DNA of 55,521 nt from Reclinomonas americana ATCC 50394 (GCA_048213135.1 PS015098.1:58967-114487), one strand, 5' to 3'. Positions 12,123 to 26,300 are shown, numbered from the stretch's first letter. Program-made: numbers and translations. The notes: generated by a model not told the origin, from the letters alone.

Positions 12123-15100
12123 CTACGTCTGCGACGTGGCCGGCGCCTCGCCCATCATCACCGACAGCGGCGACTTGCCGACCAGTGCGGCGTCATTGGC
12201 CGCCGATTCCAGCGCCTCGGGCAGCTCGGCGGCAATGTTGCGCTTGGCCGCAGCCGGTGGCATCTTGACGCGCACTACAAACTCGTCCTTGCGATCCTCG
12301 ACACTCACCGCATCCCAGCCAAGCAGTTGTGCAAAAGCACGCTGCGCACAAGAAAACAAAAAAGTCAGCTCTCCGTCCATTCCCCTTCTCCCTCCCTCTC
12401 TCTTTGCGCACACTCACCATGCACTGCTTGACGCTGCGCTTGAAGACGAGGGCGCGTGCATTCGGCACGTCGCCATCCGCAGTCTCCGTGCCCGGCGCCG
12501 ACTCAAAGACCACCTCCAGTGCACCGGCGTTGCGCTTGTAGCTCAAGCCGCTCGGCGGCCACGCCTTGAGGTGACGGTGGAGATGCTGCTGGACAGCCAG
12601 AGTCAGATTGGAGGCTGCCGAGGCTGCGTCGTCCACGGCGTCGCCCGTCGGCGTCTCCACCACCCAGTGCTGTTGCTGCTGCGGTGGCTTGGACAGCGTC
12701 TGCGACGCGGGCTTGGGGGTGACGGCAGGCTGCTGCTGCTGCTGTTGCTGCTGCTGCGCTTGCTGCTGAGGCTCTTCTGGCTGCGCTGGCTGCGGTGTGG
12801 GGGCCTTGGGGGTGGCCATCACGGGCAGGGCGCGCTGTGCGGTCGGCGGTGGTGCCGAGTTGAGCAGCGTTGGTGGACTGCCATCGGCCGGCGAGTGCAT
12901 GTGGATAAACGTGCGTACGACGGCGGTGGTGGTCTGCGGAACGCGACGCAAGGCCGGCAGCACATTCTTGCGCATGTCGCCCTCCATTTCGGCCACGCTG
13001 GCACGAATGCCGGCAATCTCCTTGCCGGCACGCACCGCCACCTCCTCCCATGCTTGCACCACATCCAGCCGCTCCGTCTGCGTCTCCACCAGGCGCTGGC
13101 GCATGTCGGCCAGTGCGCGCTCCTGCTGCACGCACTGGTCCATCAGGTGGGCCTGGCGGAGCACATTGGCGCGATCTTCGCCCGCCTCAATCTCCTCCTT
13201 CAGCAGCCACTCGCGCTGCACGAGCGAGCGGCACCGCTGCTGCAGGCGGTTGTAGGCCATGCACAGATGCGACGGCACCAACTTGCTGTCCTCCAACTGG
13301 CGCCACTCGTGGAAGCGCACCAGGCAGGTGGACGAGAGGCCGCGGGCGCGCTCGACAAAGCGACTCGAGGCCTGAGCCACTCGCTCGGTGCCGTCGGCAA
13401 ACTCACGCAGCACACGTTCTGTCTCCGTGGCACGCTCCTTTTGCGCCTCGAGCAGCGACTCGAGTCCCACCACACACTTGGCCTTCAGCGCGTTGATCTG
13501 CATCTGGCGCTGAATGCGCAACAAATCGACCTCCAGCGCCGCCTGCTCCTCCGTGACCTCGCGGCGCACTTCGGTCAGACGCACGGCCGCGGCACTGAGC
13601 TTGGAGCCGACCTCGGAGACCTGCTGCCGTGCCTGTGTTGGAAAGAAGGAAAATTGTGAGTCCTCCTCGCTCGTCATCTGAATGCAAAGAGTTGAACAGG
13701 AACAGACCTTGGTGGCGGCACTGCGGCACTCATTGTCGACTTGCATCCACTTTTGGCGACGCGAGCTGGCATCCTCGTCCCATTCGCTGAACAGCGTCGT
13801 GTTGCTGCGCATGGCACGATCCGACATGGCCAGTCGCGACTGAATGTGAGCCACCAGCGAGGCCTCCAGCGCATCGCGGTTCGCCTCCTGCCCGGCAAAG
13901 GCCTTGTCGGCCAGCACCGCCACAGAGGCGAGGGCATCCTCCGCCTCGGCCACGTTGCGCAGCGCGCTGCCGCAGTCAATGGCCTGACGCACGAGCTCGC
14001 GGGCATCCCGCGCAATCAGCTGGCTGACCGTGCTGGCCACCGGCACCACATCCAGCGGCAAACCCGTGGCCTCCTGTGTGCTGGCCTTGACCAGCTCCGT
14101 GACGCCACGGGCAATGTCCAGCACACGGCGTCGGATCGACGGCGATGCCTGCGACATGGTGCTGCTGTCGTTGCCGTTGCCGTTGGTCGGAGTTGCCGCA
14201 CCGTCTTCAGTGAGGCCCGACAGGCGCTTGATGTCCTTCAGTGTCTCGGCGCCAAACAGTTTGGGGGTTTCTTTGATAGAGAAGGATGTGAGCGATAATA
14301 GAGAGTTGCTTGCGGTGGTGTTCGGTGGCTCACCTTGATCGGATGAGGGCGGGGGCGGAATCTGTGGCAAGGGAACCTGCATGAGGCTGGCAATCTCGTC
14401 AATCAGCGGTGCGCAAGCTTCATCTGCGCGCTGTGAGCCTGTGCCATCACCATCGAATGAGTCGAGTTCATGGAAGAAAACAAGGAGCGGGGCGCATCAC
14501 AAACCGAGACTGGCCGGCGTCTCCACCATCAGCGACTCGTCCTTGAGCGTCGACTGGATGCGCAGCTCAAAGCGGTAGCGGCGGTTGGGCAGCAGGCCGT
14601 GAACTTGCAGATTGGTGGCGCTGGGATGGAGTGCCGTCATGTGGCGCACAATGGCCGCATCCTGCAAGCTGACCACGCGGCAGTCGAGGCGCGACGATGG
14701 CACCGGAATGAGTGGCGTCAGCTTGGCCTCGGCGTGGCGCAGTGCCCAGTCGGCGTGCATTTGCAGCGCGTCAAAGAGGCCAGTATTCCAAAACACTCGT
14801 GCCTCAAACGGCGACACCACCTCCACTCGCAGACCCAGTGTCGCTGCACGCAAAAAAACGAAGAAAGTGAGCGACCAATGTCGTCGGTGATCTTGATGTT
14901 CCTCATCACAAACCTGGTCGTACGGCCACATGCAGCCACGGTCCCTTGACCCACTGAGTGCCGCTCTCGCTGTCGGACGGCGACAGCATGATGCCGCGGA
15001 ATGGTGCGCGCGGCGGCATGCGTGCCTCCAAGCGGAAGCGGTGCTTGTCCGACACCTCCATCTCGGTGACCACGCACCCGTAGTGATGCTGCGACTCGTC

Positions 15101-16407
15101 AATCGGCAAGAACGCCACCTTGTCGCACGGAACTGACACCGACAAGAGGAATGAGCATTTGTATCTCCACTCTTGTTGGTATGTGGTGCTCAAAAAACTC
15201 ACCCGAATGACGTGCCCCAGGGGCGCGGTAGCACAAGCGGAGCTCGGCAAGCGGTGGCAAATGGTTGCGCTTGAAGTGCAAGAAGCAGCACTGGCCCATC
15301 TCTTCCGTGTTCTCCACGCGCTCCAGTTGCGGCAATCGCGACTCGGTGACTGTGGCACAGCGCAGTTGAGTGACAAACTCTCTTCTATACCACCTTTTCT
15401 GTTTTCTCACCTTCATCAATGGGATCCGCCTGAATGTCGTACACAATGAGGGAGCGATCGGCCGAGCCGGTGGCCAGGCGATGACCGTCGGCATCGAGGG
15501 CGACGGCCAGCACTGCCGCCTGGTGATCGGCAATGGTGTGGATGCACTCGCCCGTGTCGACCTCAAAGAGACGCATGCTGCCGTCGTCGCAGGTGGAGAT
15601 CACGTAGCGACCGCAACGTGTGAAAATCACATCGTGGCAGCGCGAGCCGTGACCGCGCAGCACGCGCACCGCCTCGTGCGATGCAGACGCCGCCTCCAGC
15701 GACGCCATGTTAAAGGGAGCGGCAGTGCGGCGGCGGTTGGCCGACGATGCGCGCGATGTGCCAGGCGACGTGGCCGCCGAGGTGGCGACCGAGGAGCATG
15801 CACTGACCACGGGCGTCACGTTCTCGTCCACCGTCACTGGCACCAGACCACTGATGGTCTGCATGGCGGCACGCTGTGCGGCGGCCATGGTCGGCGACAG
15901 GATGGCGGAGCCCGACATGGTCATCGAGGTCATGGACTCGGGCTGGCCGACACTGCCGTTCATGTCGGCATCGACCGGTGGCTCGTCGAGCTCGAAAATG
16001 CGCACTGTGNNNNNNNNNNNNNNNNNNNNNNNNNNNNNNNNNNNNNNNNNNNNNNNNNNNNNNNNNNNNNNNNNNNNNNNNNNNNNNNNNNTCGCCCCAC
16101 CATGCGCCTGCGCGACCACCTGATCCAGTGCCATGGGCACAACGGAGGACAAGCAGGCGGGAATCGCCTCCTCTCGCACCTCCAGCAACGACGATGATGA
16201 TGAAACCGGTGCTCCTCCGGCAGCAGAGGAGCACTCGTCGACCAAGTGTGTGCGCACAGGTGTGGTGGGTCGACGAATGGGGGACGCTGTGTGGCGCAAC
16301 ACAGGCGCCTGTTCACTTCCACTGCCACCTCCACTCATGTGCACTGGTGTGCCTCCTCGTCGTGACGAAGGCCGTGCGTTGCGCTTGGACGGAGTGGCAC
16401 CCGACAT
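12123..16407 (-). CDS. Large WD40-repeat + fibronectin type III-like + coiled-coil protein
   Basis: WD repeats LRGHGSRCHDVIFTRCGRYVISTCDDGSMRLFE and DHQAAVLAVALDADGHRLATGSADRSLIVYD; FN3-like LQVHGLLPNRRYRFELR; long heptad-rich region about 12950-14100; six in-frame GT-AG introns; TAG at 12123-12125. Confidence 0.8.
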
Positions 16408-16856
16408 GTGTGTCTCAAGAAATCAACACAAAAAAGAGTTGGGACGATGATGATCGGCGCAATGAAATCGACCCTTTTTCTCTCTCTCGTCACACTCGTA
16501 AAAAACTGAAAAACCAAATTGCGCGTCCTAGGTCGTCGGTCCATTTGATGGGAGTGTCGAGAAAAGATGAGGTCGACCACGGAGGAGAGAAAGAGGCCGC
16601 AGAATACGGCAAGAGAGTGTGCCTTATGAAAGAGGAGAGGGCGAGTTGGCGAAAGAAAGACAAAAAACAAAGACAACAAATGCAATGCGACTCCTTGATC
16701 AACCCGCTCACTTGCACACACTCTTACGCACATGTGCACACAACTGCACAAAAGGCGTCACTTCCAGAAAACATGTGTGCAATGAGAAACGAATGCCACG
16801 TGTCGACATCGACATGACGTCATGCATTCCACTCCCTCACTCACACTCACTCATCG

Positions 16857-17024
16857 ATGCGGCGACAACAGGCGCTCTTTATTGCACTTGTGCTCTTGCT
16901 GCTTGCGCTTCTGCTGGTCAGCAGTGTGGCCGACGCAGCCAAGAAGAAGAAGAAGAACAAGGCCAAGAAGGACAAGCAAGCAAGTGAGTGTGCAAGAAAG
17001 AATGTGCGTGAGAGTGTGTGACTG

Positions 17025-17063
<39 letters not shown>

Positions 17064-17156
17064 AGGTGGAGAGTGCGACGAGTGCACCACTGGTGGATGC
17101 GGGAGAGGGAACGTTGACATCGGTGGTGGAAGAAGCAGGTGTGTGTGTGTGTGCAA

Positions 17157-17198
<42 letters not shown>

Positions 17199-17877
17199 AA
17201 GCTGAGTGCTGTGTCTCTTGTAGGATCGATCGGAAATGTGTTCCAACAGGCGGAGACTGCTGCTGGTTCGTCGTCTCTGCGTCTGTCTCTCTCTCTGTGC
17301 GTGTGTGTCACCTCTCTGTCGCGCGCGCACAGATGCAGCTGCTGTGCCACCGGCCGAGGACGACGATGGAGATGGCGACGAGAAGAGCAGCAGTGCGTTC
17401 TTCGCTCTTTGCGCTTCATGTTGTGTTGTCTCACAACTGCGCACAGAAGACGACGAGAAGGAGGCAGTGAAAGAGGAGGAGGAGGAGGAGAAGAAGAAGA
17501 ACGAGCCACCACCACGCGAAGGCACGCCTTATTGCTTGCTCTGCGTTGTGTTTCGCTGACTGACTTGACTGACGCCATCAGCCACGGCCGATCCGAATGA
17601 GCGCAACGGCATGTTTGATCACACCATGTGCCGGTGGAACTGTGCGCATACGCACTCGGATTGCAAGCGCTCGTGCGGTCGGGGATTCGAGGGTCGCAAT
17701 TGCAGGTACCAGTGCAAGCGCAAGCGCCGTCGTTGCCGCAATCGGTGCTGGCGACGGCAGCAGGAGTTGTTTGCCACGTGCCAGGACTTCCGCCGCGGTG
17801 TCGATCTCATCCGCGAGATGAAGCTCATTGATGAGTGGACCTACGGCAAGTGCAAGGTCAGCCGCAAGAGGAACTAG
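16857..17877 (+). CDS. Secreted protein: signal peptide, acidic spacer, cationic CX3C-repeat C-terminal domain (6 exons)
   Basis: MRRQQALFIALVLLLLALLLVSSVADA signal; five phase-1 introns (the last GC-AG); last exon has CRWNC-x6-CKRSC-x8-CRYQC-x6-CRNRC. Confidence 0.75.
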
Positions 17878-18010
17878 TTGATCGTTCACACGTGGAGAGA
17901 GACTGAGAGAAGAGAGACAGAGGCAGTGTATCAACAGCATCGCCCCGTGATTATATCATGCAATGGTACATTTGCTTAGCACACACTCCCTCGCCCTTTC
18001 TCCGCTCGCC

Positions 18011-19852
18011 TCACGTCACCGGCCGCTTGACCACGAGCCGAGAGACGAGATAGGTCGAGCGCAACACACTGGCCAGTTCGGATACCGCCTGTCGAAGAAG
18101 AAGAGAATGTCAATATCTGCCGCTCTTTTCCTTTTATCCGCGCCACTCACCTCCTTGTCGACTTGCCGATTGGCGCCAATGTCGAGCGTCTTCAGCGACT
18201 TGTGCGCAAACGCGGCGCGGGTCAGCGACTGCACGCCGGCGGCATCAAAAATGTTGCTGTGCAGGTTGAGCGAGCGCAGCGTGTTGTTGCCCTGCAGGCC
18301 CTTGGCGAGGCCGTCGAGCCCAATGTTGCCAATGCCGGTGCCACTCAAGTCGAGCGAGCGCAGCGATTTGGTCTGCTGCAGACCGCGCGCCAGCGCCAGT
18401 GCGCCGTCGTCGCCGAGAGCGTTGTGCGCCAGCGACATGCGCTTCAGCACCTGCGAGGTGCCGAGTGCCACCTCCAGGGCCGCCGCACCGCCCGGCCCGA
18501 TCTTATTGTGTGACAGGTCGAGCACAAACAGCGAGACACTGACACGCACAAAGTCGGCGACGGCCGCCGCCCCCTCGTCGCCAATCTCGTTGTACGACAG
18601 GTCAAAGGTGGAGAGCGAGATGTTGATGTACAGTTGGGTGATGAGAGCGAGCACGCCGGCGTCCGAGATGCGGTTGTTGGCCAGCGACAGCGTGTGTATT
18701 CCTGAAAAAGAGAGTGAGCGAAAAAAAAAAGGGAAGAAGATCTACATGTGGCAGAGCGCGCGCAACTCGAGTTGCGCGACACCGCCTCGCCGAGAATGTC
18801 CATGAACGCGTCGGTGAGGTGCGTGTGATGCAAGTACACACTGGTCACATGCTGCACGCGCACAATGGTGTCGCAAATGGCGCGACAGCCACCCAGTGTC
18901 ATGGATGACTCCACCAGGCGCAAGTCATGCTGGAACTCGTCGGCCAGCGACTGCCCCACGCTGATGCTCGGTTCCGCGCCGAGCCGCTCACAGTCCGTAA
19001 TGTAGTTGGCGATCATCACCGAGCACCGCAACGCCGACATCCACGTCTCGCGCTCCAGCGGTGACAGCGCCGCCATGAAGAGCACACGTTCGGAGCTCTC
19101 CACACTGCGGCAGCAGGAGGAGGAGGAGGAGGATGAGAAGAAGAAGAAGAAGAAGAAGAAGAAGAAGAAAGAAGAAGAAGAAGGAGAAGGAGAAGAAGAA
19201 CAAGAGAAGGAAGGAGAAGAAGAAGAAGACGAAGAAGAAAAAGAAGAACAAGAAGAAGAAGAAGAGCAACAACAACAACAACTACAAGAAGAAGAAAGGG
19301 GTTGCGGTGCAGATAGAGATTGAGGTGGACGCACCAAAACTTGAACCGATAGGCCTGCACATCCGTGGCCACCGAATCGTCCTTGGCGGCCGTGCTCATC
19401 AACGTGGTGGCGCGACTGCCTCGCACACGATTGACGGTGAGCGACGAGTTGGGATTGTGATGCACCGAGCCACGATGCGTGGCACGCGATCGCATCGGTG
19501 CCGCCGAGGATGAAGTCGTGTCGCGATGCGCTCCCACTGCATTCATCATGGTCGACGCAGCCGTGGCCACAGTGGAGTTATCCGAGGTCACCTCGTTCAC
19601 TTGGTAGCCCTCCAGAGGCACTGTGCCCTGCGATACCTCCTTGCTCTACAGCGAAAAGTGAGTGAGTGGGAGGAATTGCAGAGGAGTTAACTCTCTCTCT
19701 CTTCTCTTTGCTCTCAACTTGTGATTTGAAGTAGGTTAGTCGCCCGTGCACGAGCACAAAGTAGCGGCGTTTCCAGGCGCGTCGCACACGGCCCTTCTTG
19801 GTCAACCAGCCTTCCAGATGCTGAGAGGCACACATTGGATGAGTTGATCAAA

Positions 19853-19894
<42 letters not shown>

Positions 19895-20215
19895 CGCACG
19901 TGTGTGTGTGTGTGTGTGTTTGTTACGCACTGGCGCGCCCATTTTCTCATACAATCGTCTCCGCAGCTTCTCTGCGGCCACATCGTCGACTTTCCCGCGT
20001 GATGTTCCATCACTGCGCTCACTTGCTGGCTCGCCCGACACAAACGAGCCCTGTGTGTGTGTGCGCGCGCACCAGAGAAAGAGTCAGACACACCAATCTT
20101 TGAGTGTAAGTGAGAGCAAGTGCGAGTGGAGATGTACCATACTGTGCATGCTGTCGGCGGCATAGGCGGAACCCGACACCGAGTACAGCGTGCCGGATCG
20201 TTCACGGTCAGTCAT
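18011..20215 (-). CDS. PH domain + RI-like LRR protein
   Basis: HLEGWLTKKGRVRRAWKRRYFVLVHGRLTYFKS...ERETWMSALR (PH) followed by LSYNEIGDEGA, LSHNKIGPGGA, LAHNALGDDGA repeats; six introns in frame; TGA at 18011-18013. Confidence 0.88.
19114..19297. repeat. (GAA/GGA)n trinucleotide microsatellite, intronic
   Basis: Visible in sequence; lies in an intron of the PH-LRR gene. Confidence 0.9.
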
Positions 20216-20315
20216 GGCTTTGTCGACGGAAGAGACGCGTGGATCACAACGAAACAAGGACACTGTGAAGGACACTGCATACACAAGATTAGTTTTTGTA
20301 TTAGTCGCTCTCTGC

Positions 20316-23300
20316 TCAGTCCTCCTTCCTCTCGAGCTCCGGGTCCGTGTCGACAAGTTCCACGACTCGCGATCGCCGTCTCCTCGCGGCTGGAATTGAT
20401 GCGGGCGACGTTGGCGATGCCAGTGCTGGTGGCGGCAGTGGAGGAGGAGGAGCCGGTCCGGGTCCAGCCAGTGGGAGTACATGTTCGGGCATCGCTGCTC
20501 GAATGGATGGCAGTTGTGGGCGGAAACGACGATCTGCTCCGGTGGGAGCCGTCATGCGTTCCGACGTGACGCGTCGCGCGACGTTGGCGTCGGGCGACAT
20601 TGGCGTCGTGTTGGCGTCGGCAGCAGCTGCGGCGGCGGTGGTGCCATCGGCAAATGGCGATGCGGCATTGCCAGCAACGCCTGGTGAAGGGGTCTCGAGG
20701 CCGCCGTTGACCGTGTTGCGCCGTCGGTGACGAAGAATGCCATCGCCACCACTGGAGGATGAAGAGGACTCTGGGGGTGGCGACAAGCACTGCAATTCCT
20801 CTTCGCCCACTGGCGGAGTGGCCGACTGCGGAGGCGTAGCCACTTGCAGCATGCGCATGCGGGTCACTGCCGCCAAGAATGTCGACGTCTCGTTTTGTGT
20901 ACTTGCTGTCGGGCCGAGGCCGAAGCGCAGCTGGAGACGAGTTGAGGCCTGTTGCATCAACTTGCGTCGCTGTTCACGACGCATCCAACCGCGCACCGCC
21001 TCCTGCAGCCTCAACGCCGCCAACAGTTCCGCCACTTGCACCTTTTGCGGACGACGGCGCTTCCTTCGTCGTCGATCACCGCCGTCCAAATGTCCATCAT
21101 CATCGTCGTCGTGGCCGCCGTTCTCGTCATCATCGTCGTCGTCATTGTAATCATTGTCGTCACTGGGCGGATCGTCGAAATCGTCCTCCTCCTCATCGTT
21201 GCCACCTGCTTGATCACCACCGTTCGCCTTCTTCTCGTGTTTTCGTTTCTGCCGCCGCGAGCGGTCGTCGAAAGCTGTGGGGAAGCGCGATGACCATTGT
21301 TCCATGATGCTGTGCTTGATTCCCGGTGGCAGTGCTCTGCAGATGGAAAGAGTGGGTAAGCAACATGATTGTGTGCACAAAAAGACATTCGCTTACACGC
21401 AACTTGGCTTCCACTTCGCACGCGCGAGCGGTGAGGGCCGGCAGAACGTCGCGGTAGTGCGCTGTGCCACTCCAGTCGTAGATCTCGACCTCGGCCAAGT
21501 ATCTCAAGGCACGGGCGCGCGTGGCATCCCTTCCCACACCCAGTGGTGGATCGACTTGCTGCAGAATGGTCGGGAGTGCAGTCTGCAATGCGTGACACGC
21601 GGTTAGCAAACCACGCGACATTGTCGAGAGACAACATTGGCGAGGACGAACCACTGGCACATAACCCGTGCTCTCCGGGTCGTGATGTGCCCACGCATCC
21701 AGGAATCTGCGACAGCCGTGGAGTGAGATTGTGCTCTTAACAGTAGTTGCTGGCAGGAAGCATCATGCGCAACTGCTGAATGTTGTCGTCGGAGACGGCC
21801 TCCTCTTCTTCCTTGAGCGACAGCGTCGAAAAATTTTCCAGCATGACCTGCGGTGTGGTGGCAACAGTGAGCGAAGGCTAGAGAGAAAGGGCATTCTTGT
21901 TTCCACTGCAGAAACGCACCGCGATGAACAAGTTGAGCATCACAAACGTGACGAGGAACACAAACATCGAAAAGTAGACGGAAGTCAGGACTGTCACGCA
22001 GTTGGTGCTGTCGGCCGGGCAGGCTGTGCGGCGAAGAGTCACACGGTGAGAAGCAGCAATCATCCCACACGCCTCCACGCAGCCGGTGGTACGCACGGAA
22101 GTATGGATGGCTGAGCTCCTCCATGACGTATGGCCAGCTTTCGCCAGTCGAGGCGCGCAGGAGCAGACGGAGTGCGTTGGGAAAGTTCTGGAAGTTGGCG
22201 TGCCGATTGTAGAGAATGCCGAGCGGCACATCCGCAAACAGGTTGACTCCCACGACGGCGAACACGAAGAAGAGGAGCGCCAGAATCGAGCCAATGTTGG
22301 CAAGCGACGGCAGCGACAGGTACATGGTGTGGATCTGCCGCTGCACACCCCGCAGACTGCGGAACAGTCGCATCACCCGGAACACACGGAAGATGCGGAA
22401 CACTGTCGAGCCGACTCCGACACTCACATACAGGCCTGGTACAAGGCGTCAGGAAGAGTGCCACATGCTTTACAGTCGGCCACACGCACTCACCAATGAC
22501 CGACACGATGCACACGAAAAAGTCAAACACATTCCATCCGCTCTTGAAGTACCGTCGCAGTCCGTTGCCGTACACCTTGATGCAGGCCTCGGCGACAAAC
22601 ACCCACGTGACCACCTGTGCATGGTCGACAAGGCGGCGATGAGAGGAATGTAAGAGCGGGGTACTAGTGAGTGCAGTCACGCACTTGTTCCAGCACGTCA
22701 AACACATCAGTCATGGCCTTGGGCATGTCGCGGTACACCAACACCATGCTCAGCACGTTGACGACAATCACAGCCATGAGGGCGTAATCAAAGGGTCGCG
22801 AGGCGGCGATGTTGTAGGCTAGCATGCGTGATTTGCCAAAGAATGTTGGTGCGTACGTCGGTGGAGCGGGCACCGGGCTCTCCGATAGGAGACGGCGTTG
22901 AGCAGCTGCAGAAAGCGCAGAAGAGAGTTTAACATTCTGCGAGAAATACTCTATTCCGTCCTGCTGCTGAGCTCACGCACCGACCCAGCGCTGCTGCTCT
23001 GGAGTGAGGAATACAGCGGCACCCTCCGACTGCTTCTTGCGCTTGTAGTAGTTGTCGATGAGCACGCCGATAAACCTGTCAACAGCTAGTTGAGTACGAA
23101 TTCCACAGCCATGAATGAGTGCAACTTGCTGCTGCTGCACACGCACATATTGAGGGTCAGGTACACGCCAATGACGATAAAGCCGACAAAGTACAGCGCC
23201 TGCCATGGATTGCTGCCGCGAACAGGTTGCATGTCCACCTGAGAAGAGAGCGTTTAGTTTAGATAGTGAAAAGAAGCATGGCAGGAAATCGGCAACGGCG

Positions 23301-26300
23301 ACGCACCCCCACAGAATCGCGCCCCTTATTCATAATGTCCACCCATCCCTCGGTGGTGGAAATCTCAAAGAGCACTCGCATGGCGTTGACGAAATTGTCA
23401 AAGTTGGTCGCCGGCACAGTCCAGTCGCGGTCGCTGAGGTTGCCTGAGTCGTCAAAGTACTGTCCAACGCAGTCGGCCTTTCTGTCAACACCTGTTGATA
23501 AAATCATTGTGAGCAACAGTGGCGCGTGTGGCATTCTACCAAGAGTGCGCAACTAGAGTCGTTGCAGGAGCCGAATGTACCGGCATACAGTTGCACACCG
23601 AGGATACCGTACACCACCCACAGGAGCGACACCACCAACACGACATTGACCATTGGAGGAATGGCACGGAATAGTGCGTCGACCACGATCTGTGCAAGTG
23701 CACCGCCGGATGAGACGGTCGTCGGTTCACGCAGAAAAAAAACTTGTGTGTGTGCGGTAGCTCTTACCTTGAGACTGCGGATCCGATTGACAAAGCGGAG
23801 CGGCCGAATGGCACGAATGATGCGAATCATACCGATCCACGAGATTGTGTGATTGTACAGTACCACACCAACAACAGAGGCCTGATGGATGCCGTGTTAG
23901 TGAATGGGAGGAGAATGCTGATTGGTGGATGTACACACGCGCGCGTCACAAACCACCACAATGACAAAGTCGAAAATGTTCCACAAGGAGCGCATGTAGG
24001 CATTCTTGTGAAAGATGACTCCGTACGCCACCCACTTGCACAGCATCTCCGCCACGAACCCCGCCGTGATGATGGTATTCATCGAGTACACCACCAGCCA
24101 CATGGTCGTGTTCACCGGCTCGTTTGGGTGCTCAATGGCCAGTACCGCGCACGACCATCCGATCAACAACAAGACACTCCACTCAAACGCGCGATGCTCC
24201 ACAATCTCTGGTCTCGGAAACGGATAATTCAGTCTTGCTGTCGGCTCATGGAGGGGAAGGCGAGGAGCACACATGTAACTCACCGCGCATGCGTTGAACC
24301 AGTCGCGACGAGTCGGGCAGAATGCACATGGGCCACGACCGCGAAGGCAGTCTGCGCCACCAACTCTGTGCTACCTTCTGCTCACCGCCATCCGCGGTTC
24401 CAGGTTGAGGTGCTTGCGGTTTTGTTTCGTCGCCGTTCTGCTGAGGTTCACCACCGACGGGTGCGTTTGTCCGTGTTGGTGACTGCAAGTCGTCGACACT
24501 GTAGTCGATTAGTGGGTCAGCCACAAGAAGATGAGCTACCTACACTGAACATTCTTCTCCAAACCACTCACCTGACAAGCACAGAGACGCCGCGCACGTG
24601 GTGCGGCCTGGTCTTCTTTCCCGTTGCCTCAATGTCTGATGGGCGGTGAGTCAGGTTTTGCAGAATAATTTAGAGAGCCAACAGAACACACCAACGTCTA
24701 CGGCCAGCCCTAAATCATCATCATCGTCAGCTTCCGTCTCCTTTTCTGGCTTATCATCGTCGTCGCCAAAGGAAAAGTGTTGCAGCAGAATGGCGATGAA
24801 GAGATTCAACAGAATATCTGAGGTGCACGAGAGTGAGCGATAACACGAGAGTGGTGTGTAGTGTGGAGTGGGACGCAACAATTGCCGATGACAAACACGA
24901 AAACAAAGTAGACGGCAGCCCAGTCACCGGTTCCGGCCATGCAATCCCACAGCACATTGACCCAGTTCTCCAAGGTAAGAACCTATAATGTGTGTGAGCG
25001 TCACAGAAGTGAGTGAAGAAACAATGAAGGATAAGCCCAAGCACCTGGAAGATCGTGAGCATGGCCTGCAAAGCAGAAAGAGTCAGTGAAAATGAAAGAA
25101 GGGCAGGAGGATTGATCTCGAGTGTCTCGCGCACCTGGAAAAATGTGTCAAAGTTGGAGCGCGGAATCGGGTCATCGTCGTCGGGGAAGTACAGTTTGCC
25201 ACCAAAGAGTTGCATGCCGAGCAGAGCCGACACAAAAATGAAGAGCACCAGCAGAAGCATCAATGTGGAGACGCCTCGAATGCTCTCGCGCAGCATGCGG
25301 AGCACGCGTCGCAGAGAGTCCCACGATCTGCACGGCACGCCGAGGGTGAATGGGAGGCGGAATGGAAGAGAAATGTCATGTGCAACGCAACCTGGCCAGC
25401 TTGAACACGCGAAGCAAGCGCAGCGAACGCAGTGCCGTGAGGCCCGTTGAACCAGGTGTGTAAGCGTCGACAAAGCCGAGTGTCACAATGATGAAGTCGA
25501 AAATGTTGAAGACCACCGTGAAATACTTGCATGGAGTCTGTGCGTACAGCAGCAGCACCATCTCCGAGGCGAAAAAGTACAACAGCACCAGGTTGATCAG
25601 ATCTGCAGGGTAGAGGCAGGGAAGGTCAATACTCACATGAATACACCTCTCGCAGCATAAAGAGGACGACGCACCGCAAACATCGCTCATTGTCTTGGAC
25701 ATGCCGTAGTACTGAATTCCGAGAATGATGGTGTTGAAGACAATGACGGCGGCCATAATGCCCTGCCACACATTCGTCTGGGAGATACGCATCAACCAGA
25801 GCCGCGAGCGCAGCAGCAATGTGCGGAAGACGCCGGTCGCTGTGGCGGCCGAGGGGGCCGCTTTGATATTGTTCTCCAGCTCCTGCATGAAAATGACCTC
25901 CTTGGCCACCTCGGGCTCCGGCGCCATGGAACCGCGCCGACCACGCACATGCTCGGCGGCCTGCGGAGAGCCTGTGGAGTGGTCCCACCCGTCGTCGTCC
26001 TCGTTCGGATCGATGAACGATCCGCGACGCCCGTTGACTTTGCCCAAGGACTGAGCCAGCATGCTGCCGAATGCTCGCTGTCCACCAAAGACGCCGCCGC
26101 CGCCGCCCACAAATGACCGAGCTGGAGCCGGACGCACCAGTAGGCCACTGACAGAGGCCGACATTGTGGGCGGATCTCCGAGCTTGTACGGCTGTGCTCC
26201 TTCCACAGTCTCCACTCCAGTTCCCACACCTGCTGCTGCTGGCGCTGCTGCTGCTGCTGAATCACCCACCGTCGACAAACGCCGCAGCACCGAAACGCTT

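Noticed and set aside
11710-13659. 649-aa plus-strand ORF
   Set aside because: Antisense shadow of the GC-rich minus-strand coiled-coil exons; no recognisable motifs.
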